From contig CAWFCS010000033.1 in the NCBI GenBank assembly GCA_963814395.1, positions 244,520 to 308,519 on the forward strand: a stretch of DNA of 64,000 bases, written 5' to 3'. The notes under the pieces are model-generated. The model worked only from the letters and a program-made list of their open reading frames with translations. It did no database searches and was not told where the DNA came from. This document shows positions 30,791-39,536 of the stretch, piece after piece. Both the position numbers and the translations under genes were made by a program. Within the stretch, counting starts at the first letter, position 1. Every line of letters starts with the position of its first letter. This stretch comes from an uncultured Acidobacteriota bacterium. GTDB taxonomy: Bacteria > Acidobacteriota > Vicinamibacteria > Vicinamibacterales > UBA2999.

Positions 30791-31471
30791 ATGCGTCTAC
30801 TCGTCGTCGAAGACGACCCGGACATCAGCCGCTTCATCGTGCGCGGCCTTTCGGAAGAGCGTCACCTGGTGGATCTCGTCGAGGACGGCCTGTCGGCCGT
30901 CGAACTGGCGGCCGCCGAGGAGTACGACGTGGTCATCCTCGATCTGATGCTGCCGAGTCTCGACGGCTTCGACGTCTGCCGCCGCATGCGGGTGCGGGGT
31001 GTGGACACGCCGGTCATCATCGTGACTGCGCGCGACGCCGTGGCCGACCGCGTCGCGGCGCTCGATGCTGGCGCCGACGACGTCTTGGTGAAGCCGTTCG
31101 TGTTCGACGAGTTGCTGGCGCGGCTGCGCGCACTCGGCCGTCGCGGCCGTAGCCGGCACGTCACCCACCTGCTCGAGTACGGCGGCATCGCGATCGATCC
31201 GGTGGCCCATCTGGTGACGGTGGCCGGCCGACCGGTGACACTCACCGCCACCGAATACCGGCTGCTCACGTTCCTCGTCCGCCGTGCCGAAACGGTGGTG
31301 ACGCGCGAGCAGCTGGCCCAGCACGTGTGGGGCGGCGACTACGATTCGCGTTCGAACAATGCCGACGTCTACGTGGGCTACGTGCGCCGCAAGCTCCAGG
31401 CGATCGAGCCGCGGCCGCTCATTCACACGCTGCGCGGTCTGGGCTACATGCTGAAGGTGAACGCGCCGTGA
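30791..31471 (+). CDS. Orphan OmpR-family (MprA/CusR-like) response regulator
   Basis: MRLLVVEDD, ILDLMLP, GADD..VKPF, winged helix LTATEYRLL...DVYVGYVRRKL...IHTLRGLGY. No adjacent kinase. Confidence 0.93.
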   Translation: MRLLVVEDDPDISRFIVRGLSEERHLVDLVEDGLSAVELAAAEEYDVVILDLMLPSLDGFDVCRRMRVRGVDTPVIIVTARDAVADRVAALDAGADDVLVKPFVFDELLARLRALGRRGRSRHVTHLLEYGGIAIDPVAHLVTVAGRPVTLTATEYRLLTFLVRRAETVVTREQLAQHVWGGDYDSRSNNADVYVGYVRRKLQAIEPRPLIHTLRGLGYMLKVNAP

Positions 31472-31501
31472 CGACACGCGCCGGCCGGGGCCCTGCGGCG
31501 G

Positions 31502-32287
31502 CTAGCGGGCGAGGTGCAGCGGAAACGGCGTGCGCGCCACAAAGGCGTTGACCGCCGCCAGAAGGCCGGCGCTCTGGTCACGCACGACGAACACCGATTC
31601 CTCGCGCTGGCCGGGATTCAGGTCGTGGTGATCGATGAGCACGAGGTCGGGCCCGTACGACGGGATGACGCGCCCATCGAGGGCGAAGTACTCGGCTTGC
31701 GCCACCGCATCGAGCTGACCCGAGGCGAACTGCGCATAGAGCTCGGGGAAGGTGGTGGTCGACACGATGTGCACGCCTGAGGGCGCGCGCCGCAGCAGAT
31801 CACGCTCCGCCGCCATGCCCTTCACGGCGCCGACCTTCTTGCCCGCGAAGTCGGCGATGGTGCGGTAGCGCGACTGGTCGCCGGCGCGAATCCGCAGGGC
31901 GCGCTGCTCGTAGAGGAACGGCGCCGAGAACGTGCCGCCCGGGCTCACGCGGTCGGGGAAGTTCGCAAGGTTCGTGGCCACCACGTCGACCACGTTCTGC
32001 CCGGCCAGCTCCCACGACTTGTCGAACGGCACCACCACCCACTCCACCCGCAGATCCAGATCGCGCGCCAGGTGATTGGCGTAGCGATACATCCACTCCT
32101 CGGGGTCGAGCGGATCGGTCACGGTCGTGCCCGTCACTGCGATCTTCACCACGCCGGGGGCGATGGTCTGGATGGCCGCAGGCCCAGGCGTGGGCGTGGG
32201 CGTGGACGCTGGCGCGGGCGCAGGCGTGGCGCGGCATCCGGCCAGAGCGGCGATCACCACGATGGGCAGCAGGCGATTGAGCGACAT
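31502..32287 (-). CDS. Family-3 (amino-acid type) substrate-binding lipoprotein
   Basis: LAGC lipobox; Pro/Thr linker; FSAPFLY, DFAGKKVGAVKG, GQLDAV. Confidence 0.8.
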   Translation of the reverse strand: MSLNRLLPIVVIAALAGCRATPAPAPASTPTPTPGPAAIQTIAPGVVKIAVTGTTVTDPLDPEEWMYRYANHLARDLDLRVEWVVVPFDKSWELAGQNVVDVVATNLANFPDRVSPGGTFSAPFLYEQRALRIRAGDQSRYRTIADFAGKKVGAVKGMAAERDLLRRAPSGVHIVSTTTFPELYAQFASGQLDAVAQAEYFALDGRVIPSYGPDLVLIDHHDLNPGQREESVFVVRDQSAGLLAAVNAFVARTPFPLHLAR

Positions 32288-32310
32288 CAGGGTGGTAGCA
32301 TAGCCGCCCT
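32288..32310. promoter_or_regulatory. Putative bidirectional promoter with overlapping -10 elements
   Basis: TAGCAT (+, 32296-32301) and TATGCT (-, 32302-32297), each exactly 9 nt from its ATG. Confidence 0.55.
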
Positions 32311-33321
32311 ATGCCCGTCGCGCCTGTCACGTTCGCGGAAAAACAGGTTCACTGCTGGCACCCCGTGGCCTACGGACACGAGCTGCGCGACACGCCGGTG
32401 GCGGCGACGCTGCTGGGCGAAGCCGTGGTGCTCTGGCGCACGAGCGACGGCCGTGCGCGCGCCATGCGCGACCTGTGCATCCACCGCGGCACCGCGCTCT
32501 CGCTCGGCTGGGTGGCGGATGACTGTCTGGTGTGTCCGTATCACGCCTGGCGCTACGACGCCTCGGGCGCGTGCGTGCGCATTCCGCAGTCGGCCACGGC
32601 GACCATTCCCGCCAAGGCGCGCACGCCGGTGTATCGATGTCAGGAGCGCTACGGTCTCGTGTGGGTGTGTCTGGCCGAGGGCGAGCCCGCCTACCCGTTG
32701 CCCGAGGTGCCGGAACTCGAGTCGGGCGACTGGAAGGTCGTGAACACTGGACCGTTCGCCTGGCACAGCGATGCGTCGCGGCAGGTGGAGAACTTCACCG
32801 ACTTCGGTCATTTCCCGTGGGTGCATCCGGGTCTGCTCGGCGATCCCGAGCGGCCGGTGGTGCCCGAGCACAGCGTGGACACACAGGGGCACGTGCTGCA
32901 CTACACCATCGTGCGTCCCGAAGCGCCCAACAGCGACGACTTCCAGGTGTTCGCCAACACCGACACGGTGAGGCCGGAACGGCGCAGCCGCTACGAATTG
33001 CATCTGCCCTATACGATCGTGCTGAGGCTCGGCTGGGGCGGTGACAAGGGCATGGTCTACTTCTTCGCGTCGCAGCCGGAAACGCCGGAGCGCTGCCGCG
33101 GCTACTGCATCATCGGCCGCAACTACGACTTCGACGATCCCGACACCACGCTGCAGGAGTTCGAGCGCGTGATCTTCGGCCAGGACCAGCGCATCGTGGA
33201 ATCGCAGCGGCCCGAGCAGGTGCCGTTCGACCTGGCCGACGAGCTGCATCTGAAGTTCGATGCCGTAGCCGTGGCCTATCGGCGGGCGATGCGCACGCAG
33301 GGGTTGGCCAGCGCGCGGTGA
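32311..33321 (+). CDS. Rieske non-heme iron oxygenase alpha subunit (VanA/NdmA demethylase-like)
   Basis: CIHRG...CPYHAW Rieske motif; ENFTDFGHFPWVH; IFGQD. Confidence 0.92.
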   Translation: MPVAPVTFAEKQVHCWHPVAYGHELRDTPVAATLLGEAVVLWRTSDGRARAMRDLCIHRGTALSLGWVADDCLVCPYHAWRYDASGACVRIPQSATATIPAKARTPVYRCQERYGLVWVCLAEGEPAYPLPEVPELESGDWKVVNTGPFAWHSDASRQVENFTDFGHFPWVHPGLLGDPERPVVPEHSVDTQGHVLHYTIVRPEAPNSDDFQVFANTDTVRPERRSRYELHLPYTIVLRLGWGGDKGMVYFFASQPETPERCRGYCIIGRNYDFDDPDTTLQEFERVIFGQDQRIVESQRPEQVPFDLADELHLKFDAVAVAYRRAMRTQGLASAR

Positions 33322-33359
33322 CAAGTGTGCGCCCAGCTTGTATCGTAGAGGCGGGGGAG

Positions 33360-34028
33360 ATGAGCATGATTCGCGGAATCCGTATCGTGGCGCCATTGGC
33401 GCTCGCTCTGGCCGTGGCGGCCGTTGGCGTTGGCGCCGAGCAGGCGGCCGTGCGCAAGTCGTTGATGGTGCCGGCGGCGTTCAAGGACACCGCGCCCGAC
33501 ACCTACAGCGTGAAGTTCGACACGAGCGTGGGCGTGTTCGTGATCAAGGTCACGCGCGCCTGGGCGCCCAACGGCGCCGATCGCTTCTACAACCTGGTGA
33601 AGAACGGCTTCTACGACGAGACCCGGTTCTTCCGCGCGGTGCCCAACTTCATGGTGCAGTTCGGTCTCAACGGCAACCCGAACGTGTCGAAGGTGTGGCA
33701 GAGCGCGCGTATTCCACCCGACAAGGTGACGCAGAGCAACAAGAAGGGCTTCATCACCTTTGCCATGGGCGCCTCGCCCGACACGCGCACCACGCAGGTG
33801 TTCATCAACTTTCGCGGCAACGCCAATCTCGACGGCATGGGCTTCGCGCCGTTTGGCGAGGTGGTGAGCGGCATCGAGGTGGTGGACAAGATCTACACCG
33901 GCTACGGCGAGGGCGCGCCGCGCGGCGGCGGTCCGCCGCAGGGCCGCGTCGTGGCCGAGGGCAACGCCTACCTGATCAAGTCGTTCCCGAAGATGGACTA
34001 CATCAAGACCGCTACGATCGAGCCGTAG
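33360..34028 (+). CDS. Periplasmic cyclophilin-type peptidyl-prolyl isomerase
   Basis: Signal peptide; WAPNGADRFYNLV..GFYD..FFR.VPNFMVQFG; TRTTQVFIN. Confidence 0.92.
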   Translation: MSMIRGIRIVAPLALALAVAAVGVGAEQAAVRKSLMVPAAFKDTAPDTYSVKFDTSVGVFVIKVTRAWAPNGADRFYNLVKNGFYDETRFFRAVPNFMVQFGLNGNPNVSKVWQSARIPPDKVTQSNKKGFITFAMGASPDTRTTQVFINFRGNANLDGMGFAPFGEVVSGIEVVDKIYTGYGEGAPRGGGPPQGRVVAEGNAYLIKSFPKMDYIKTATIEP

Positions 34029-34031
34029 GGC

Positions 34032-34701
34032 GTGCCCGTTCTGGACCTGCCGCGCGCCGCCATCTTCGATCTCGACGGCACCGTCGTCGACAACATGTCA
34101 CTGCACGCCGAGGCGTTCGCGGTCTTCGCCGAACGTCACGGCTTGCCGGCGCTCACACCGGCCGACCGGGTCAAGCTCGATGGCCGGCGCAACAGCGAGA
34201 TCTTTCCGGTGCTGTTCGATCGCGAGATGTCGCGCGAAGAGTGGCAGGCCTACGAGCACGAGAAGGAAGGGCTCTACCGCGAGCTGTCACGGGGCCGGCT
34301 CACGCCTCGTGGCCGGTCTGCCAGCCCTGCTCGAGCGCTTGACGGCCCAACGCGTGGCCGTGGCGCTCGCTACGTCCGCCCCTGAGTTGAACGTGGCGCA
34401 CACGCTGAGGGAAATCGGCCTCACGGCCGCGTTTCCCACCATCGTGCGCGGCGACCAGGTGCCGCACGGCAAGCCCGCGCCAGACGTCTTCATCGAGGCC
34501 GGACGGCAACTGGGCGTCACGCCCGACCGCTGCGTGGTCTTCGAGGACGCCCCGATGGGCATCGTGGCGGCCAAGGCCGCCGGCATGCGGGTCGTGGCGG
34601 TGACGACCAGCTTCAGCGCCGCGCAGTTCGCGGCCATGCACCCGCCGCCCGACCTGGCCTGCAGCGACTTCGCGGAGTTCCTGACGATCGAGCGCTGGTA
34701 A
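34032..34701 (+). CDS. HAD-family phosphatase (beta-PGM/CbbY-like); frameshift near 34300
   Basis: FDLDGTVVD, ATSA, GKPAPDVF, FEDAPMG. Confidence 0.88.
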
Positions 34702-34737
34702 ACGCCGGCGTTCCATCGTGCCTCGTCCACCCGGTCG

Positions 34738-34767
34738 TGCCACCATTGTGGTGCTATATTGGTGGCA
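34738..34767 (+). promoter_or_regulatory. Toxin-antitoxin operator/promoter: inverted repeat TGCCACCA-N14-TGGTGGCA overlapping an extended -10
   Basis: Arms at 34738-34745 and 34760-34767; inner CACCA-N3-TGGTG; TG-C-TATATT ends 6 nt before the ATG. Confidence 0.65.
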
Positions 34768-35003
34768 TGGCGAGTCTCACGCTGAAAGATATCCCGGCCG
34801 GCCTCCACGAAGAGTTGCGGCAGCGCGCCGTGCGCAATCGGCGCAGCCTCAGCCAGGAAGCCCTGGCCTGCCTGGAGCATGCCACAGCCGGCGAACGCGT
34901 CGATCCCGATCAGGTGCTGGCACAGGCGCGGCGGTTGCGTGCCGGTCTGAAGCGCGTGAACGACCGCGACCTGCGCACCTGGGTGACGCAAGGCCGTCCA
35001 TGA
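34767..35003 (+). CDS. FitA/Arc-like ribbon-helix-helix antitoxin
   Basis: MASLTLKDIP..LHEELRQRA..NRRSLSQE; ATGA overlap with the PIN toxin gene. Confidence 0.85.
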   Translation: MASLTLKDIPAGLHEELRQRAVRNRRSLSQEALACLEHATAGERVDPDQVLAQARRLRAGLKRVNDRDLRTWVTQGRP

Positions 35004-35407
35004 CCGTCGTCGACACCAACGTCGTGGCGTACTTGTGGCTGCCTGGCGATTTCACGACTGCAGCGGAACGACTGCTCGCTGACGACGCGGAGTGGGCCGT
35101 GCCCCTGCTCTGGCGTTCCGAGTTCCGCAGCGTGCTGGCGGGAGCCCACCAACGCCGCACCCTGTCGCTGCCCCGCGCGAACGACATCGCGGCGGCGGCA
35201 GAATCGCGGTTGCGGGGGCGCGAGTTCTCGGTGCAGACGAGCCACGTCCTGAAGCTCGCGAGTGAGTCGGGTTGCTCCACCTACGACTGCGAGTTCGTGG
35301 TCCTGGCCTACGATTTGGGCGTGCGGCTGGTCACCAACGACGCGGCGGTGCTGCGCGCGTTCCCCGACGTGGCCGTGCCCCTGCAGCACTTCGCGCCCGC
35401 GAGCTAG
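35000..35407 (+). CDS. vapC: VapC-family PIN-domain toxin
   Basis: VVDTNV, SEFRSVL, STYDCEFV.LA, LVTND. Confidence 0.9.
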   Translation: MTVVDTNVVAYLWLPGDFTTAAERLLADDAEWAVPLLWRSEFRSVLAGAHQRRTLSLPRANDIAAAAESRLRGREFSVQTSHVLKLASESGCSTYDCEFVVLAYDLGVRLVTNDAAVLRAFPDVAVPLQHFAPAS

Positions 35408-37228
35408 CTACCAGCCCACCGCCTGACCATCCTTGCGGTGGTCGGAGCCCGCGCGATACACGCCATTCACCGCGTGATCTTCGGTGATGCTGCGCCGGTC
35501 GAACGTGGGCTCGGGCAGCCGTGGATCGCGCGCGAAGAAGATGCCCTGATAGCCGCCCACGGCGCCGCCGTCCACGCCGCGCACCTTGTGGCCCTTGCCC
35601 TCGAGCGCCTTGCCCACCAGCGCGAACAGGTTGTGCTCGAGCGACAGCATGTTGCTGTTCTGATTGTGCGTGAAGCGCGCCGCATCGGTGGTCATCTGCA
35701 CGTTCATGCCGTGGTCGATCAGATTCACCATGTGCTGCGCGTGCGTTTCGGGCTGCACGCTGCCGCCCATGTTGCCGAACGCCATCAGCGGCTGGCCGTC
35801 CTTCATGACGAAGCCGGCGATGATGCTGTGGAACGGCCGCTTGTGCGGCGCCACCACGTTGGGGCTCTTCGGATCGAGCGAGAAGGCGCTGCCGCGGTTG
35901 TGCAGGATGAAGCCGTACGGGCCCACCGTGGCGCGGCTGCCGTACACGCTGAACACGCTGTGCACGAGCGACACCATGTTGCCCCAGCGATCGGCCGTGG
36001 TCAGGTAGATGGTGCCGCCGTCGGTGCCGCCGTTCACGCTGGGCGTGGCCGCCTTGTTGGGGTCGATCTTGCCGCACAGCGTGGCTGCGTGCGCCTTCGA
36101 GATCAGTTGCGCCACGGGCACGGGCGCAAACTTCGGGTCGCCGTTCTTCGCCAGCAGGTCGGCGTAGGCGAGCTTCTTGGCCTCGACCATCATGTGCCAG
36201 TAGGTCGGGTCTGACGGCCCGAGCGAGGCGAGGTTGACGCCCAGCTTCGGCATGCACACCTCGAGGATGTTCAGCATCTCGAGCGCCGCGAAGCCCTGCC
36301 CAGGCGGCGGCAACTGGTTGATGTCGTAGCCGTGGTAGTTGGTGCTGATCGGCTCCACCCACTCGGGCGCGAAGGTGGCGAGGTCGTCGCGGCTCATCAC
36401 GCCGCCGTTGGCCTGCACCTTGGCCACGATGGCGGCGGCGATGTCGCCCTTGTAGAACGCGTCTTTGCCCTGCGCCTGAATCAGGCGCAGCGCCTTGGCC
36501 AGATTGGGATTGCGGATGATGCCGTAGAGCGGCGGTGGCGCGTCGCCGTCGAGGAACGTGGCGCGCGAATCCACATCCGCGGCCAGGCCCTTCTGCGCAC
36601 TGCGCACGTCGCTGTGGCGGCGCTCCGCCAGACCCCAGCCTTCGTCGGCCACCTGCGCGGCGCGCGCGAACGTCTCCTTGAAGCCCATCGTGCCGAAGCG
36701 CGTGAGCAGCGCGTCGTAGCCGGCGATGGCGCCCGGCACCGTGGCGGCGTTCACGCCGGACCCGGGCACCTGCTTGGCGCCGAGCTTCTGCGTGAAGAAC
36801 TCCGGCGTCCAGCCGGCCGGCGCCCAGCCCGCGGCATTGAGCGCGTAGAGCTTCTTCTCTTTCGCCACCCACACCAGCGCGAAGAGGTCGCCGCCGATGC
36901 CGGTGTCGTTCTGCGAGGTCACGTCGAGCATGGCGCCGGTGGCGACCGCGGCGTCGATGGCGTTGCCGCCTTGCCGCAGGATGTCGAGCCCGGCCTGCGC
37001 CGCCAGCGGATCGCTCGTGGCCACGATGCCGTGGCGGGCCACCACCTCGGAGCGGCCCTGGCCCAGCCAGCCCTGCGCGCGCGATCCGGGCACGGCCTTG
37101 ATGTCGGCGGCCGGCTGCGGCTTGGCGGCGGACGGCTGCCCGAAGGGATTCTGCGACTGGGCGGTCAGCCCGGCCCAGGCGGCGAAGGCGAGGAGCAGGG
37201 CGACGAGGGCGATGCGAGTGGTTGGCAT
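35408..37228 (-). CDS. ggt: Gamma-glutamyltransferase family protein (exported)
   Basis: GGNAIDAAVA, TGIGGD.F, TVPG, PPPGQG, autocleavage GTIYL, HNRG..F, GSDHRKDG. Confidence 0.92.
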   Translation of the reverse strand: MPTTRIALVALLLAFAAWAGLTAQSQNPFGQPSAAKPQPAADIKAVPGSRAQGWLGQGRSEVVARHGIVATSDPLAAQAGLDILRQGGNAIDAAVATGAMLDVTSQNDTGIGGDLFALVWVAKEKKLYALNAAGWAPAGWTPEFFTQKLGAKQVPGSGVNAATVPGAIAGYDALLTRFGTMGFKETFARAAQVADEGWGLAERRHSDVRSAQKGLAADVDSRATFLDGDAPPPLYGIIRNPNLAKALRLIQAQGKDAFYKGDIAAAIVAKVQANGGVMSRDDLATFAPEWVEPISTNYHGYDINQLPPPGQGFAALEMLNILEVCMPKLGVNLASLGPSDPTYWHMMVEAKKLAYADLLAKNGDPKFAPVPVAQLISKAHAATLCGKIDPNKAATPSVNGGTDGGTIYLTTADRWGNMVSLVHSVFSVYGSRATVGPYGFILHNRGSAFSLDPKSPNVVAPHKRPFHSIIAGFVMKDGQPLMAFGNMGGSVQPETHAQHMVNLIDHGMNVQMTTDAARFTHNQNSNMLSLEHNLFALVGKALEGKGHKVRGVDGGAVGGYQGIFFARDPRLPEPTFDRRSITEDHAVNGVYRAGSDHRKDGQAVGW

Positions 37229-37461
37229 CAGAACCTCCGGGGAGCGCCTATCGTCGCGTACTTCTCACCTCGTGTTCATGTCCCTGAGGCTGGTGCTGGG
37301 CCTCGTTGGGCTATTCAACAGGCGAGACATCATGCCCGGCAAGTGTTCGAAGGCGGTCGATCACGTACTGGCGCAGCTAGTCCGATACAATCGGCGCATA
37401 CCCCTGTAGTTGCATGGCCCAGACAGGGAGGCCCAGCACGCGGGCCGCCTGAGGTGACTGA

Positions 37462-38706
37462 ATGAGGCCGAAGCCGACCGCTGCACCACGCGCCAGAGCG
37501 CGCATCGAATACTTGAAAGTGAAGAATTTCCGGGCGTTGCGGGAAGTTGAGTTCAGGGATCTCACACCGCTCACAGTTTTGATGGGCCCGAATGGTAGTG
37601 GAAAGTCGACTGTCTTCGATGTCTTCGCGTTCCTCGCCGAGTGCTTCGAATTGGGCCTGAGACGCGCATGGGACAAGAGAGGCCGCGAAAAGGAGCTAAA
37701 GACGCGGGGCGGCGAAGGACCCGTCACCATTGAGATCAAATACCGTGAGCCAGGCTATCCGCTGATTACCTACCACCTTGCGGTCGAGGAGCGAGCCGGT
37801 GGCCCCGTCGTCGTCGAGGAGTGGCTTCGATGGAAGCGTGGAAGCCATGGCCAGCCGTTTCGCTTTCTTGACTATCGAGAGGGAATGGGCAAAGCCGTGA
37901 GCGGCGAGCAGCCAGACGAGCAGGACACCCGAATTGATGTACCGCTGAAATCGGCAGATTTGCTGGCCGTGAACGCTCTTGGCCAGTTCGCCGAGCATCC
38001 GCGCGTTGCGGCACTTCGCGACTTCATAACTGGTTGGTACGTATCCTACCTTTCTGCAGACAGCGCCCGCGGCCAACCCGAAGCTGGGCCACAGGAACGC
38101 CTTACGAAGAATGGCGACAATCTAGCCAACGTCATTCAATATCTGGCTGAGCAGCACGGCGACACGCTGGAGAAGATCTTCAGTGTGCTTCGGCGCAGGG
38201 TGCCCAGAATTGAGCGGGTGCTAGCTGAGACGATGCCGGACGGCCGGTTGTTGTTGCAGATCAAAGACGCACCCTTCAGCCATCCGATATTGGCGCGCTT
38301 TGCGTCGGATGGCACGCTCAAGATGCTGGCATACCTTGTCCTGCTGCACGACCCCACGCCTCCTCCGTTCATCGGTATTGAAGAACCCGAGAACTTCTTG
38401 CATCCTAGGCTGCTCTCCGAGTTGGCTGAGGAGTGTCGCACGGCCAGCGCGCGCACGCAGTTACTCGTGACCACCCACTCTCCATTCTTCCTCAACGCTC
38501 TCAGAGCAGGGGAAGTTCGAGTGTTGTGGCGTGACGAGCGCGGCTACACCTTGACTCAGCGCGCAGACCTTCTCACGGGAGTGAATGAGTTTGTTGCGAA
38601 CGGTGCATTGCTGGGCCAGCTCTGGATGGAGGGGCAGTTGGGTGTAGGCGATCCGCTGGTCAACCAGGGCGCGCCGACCAGACCCATCAAGGGCAAGTCA
38701 GCGTGA
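37462..38706 (+). CDS. ABC-type ATPase (AAA_21/AAA_15, OLD/AbiEii-like)
   Basis: VKNFRAL, Walker A GPNGSGKS, signature SDGT, Walker B IEEPEN.LHP, TTHSP. Visibly more AT-rich than the flanks. Confidence 0.9.
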   Translation: MRPKPTAAPRARARIEYLKVKNFRALREVEFRDLTPLTVLMGPNGSGKSTVFDVFAFLAECFELGLRRAWDKRGREKELKTRGGEGPVTIEIKYREPGYPLITYHLAVEERAGGPVVVEEWLRWKRGSHGQPFRFLDYREGMGKAVSGEQPDEQDTRIDVPLKSADLLAVNALGQFAEHPRVAALRDFITGWYVSYLSADSARGQPEAGPQERLTKNGDNLANVIQYLAEQHGDTLEKIFSVLRRRVPRIERVLAETMPDGRLLLQIKDAPFSHPILARFASDGTLKMLAYLVLLHDPTPPPFIGIEEPENFLHPRLLSELAEECRTASARTQLLVTTHSPFFLNALRAGEVRVLWRDERGYTLTQRADLLTGVNEFVANGALLGQLWMEGQLGVGDPLVNQGAPTRPIKGKSA

Positions 38707-39323
38707 GGGGAACGCACTTGGAGATGCTAGTCGAGGAGCCTTCGATGGAGGCGTTCTTGACGGCATTGCTGCCGCGGCTATTGCCGCAGGGGCGATCGTT
38801 CGCGATCCATGCATTTCAGGGGAAGAGCGACTTGCTCGGGAAGCTCGAAGCGCGCCTACGTGGCTATTCGGTCTGGCTACCCAAGGACTGGCGCATCGTT
38901 GTCGTGGTCGATCGGGATGACGACGACTGCAAGAAACTGAAGCAGCGGCTGGAAACTGTAGCGAAGCGAGCTGGTCTTCGTAGTAGAAGCCGCGTATCGG
39001 CAGGGACTGGCTGGCAGGTTGTCAACAGGATCGCAATTGAAGAATTGGAAGCTTGGTATTTCGGCGATTGGCAGGCTGTTCAAGCCGCCTATCCGCTCGT
39101 CTCTCCTTCAATTCCTCAGCGTCAGGGTTACCGAGATCCGGATGGAGTTGCTGGAGGAACGTGGGAAGCGTTCGAACGAGTCATGCAGAATCATGGGTAC
39201 TTCAAGGGCGGCCTTCCAAAGATCGAAGTGGCGCGGGCACTCGGCACGCGTGTCGACCCGAAGAGCAGTCGGTCCCACAGCTTCCTGGCGCTCAGCAGCG
39301 CCCTTGACGAAGCCGTCTCGTGA
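38703..39323 (+). CDS. DUF4276-like TOPRIM-fold protein coupled to the ATPase
   Basis: GTGA overlap; [31 protein letters not shown]. Confidence 0.78.
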   Translation: MRGTHLEMLVEEPSMEAFLTALLPRLLPQGRSFAIHAFQGKSDLLGKLEARLRGYSVWLPKDWRIVVVVDRDDDDCKKLKQRLETVAKRAGLRSRSRVSAGTGWQVVNRIAIEELEAWYFGDWQAVQAAYPLVSPSIPQRQGYRDPDGVAGGTWEAFERVMQNHGYFKGGLPKIEVARALGTRVDPKSSRSHSFLALSSALDEAVS

Positions 39324-39536
39324 TCTAGCCCGGATTATTCGGATCGAGGGAACCGGTCCAGTTGCTCCGCGTAGCGATGCATCCGCTGCTCGGGGTGAGC
39401 GGGTTGTCCACCGTCACGCCGGTGATGGGGATCTTCACCATTCCGATGCGAGTGCCTGAATGGCCGGCGCATTCGGTGCTGCGCTACATGCGGCGAGCCC
39501 ACCGAGCATCGCCCTTGACAGAGAGCGGAGAGCGAA

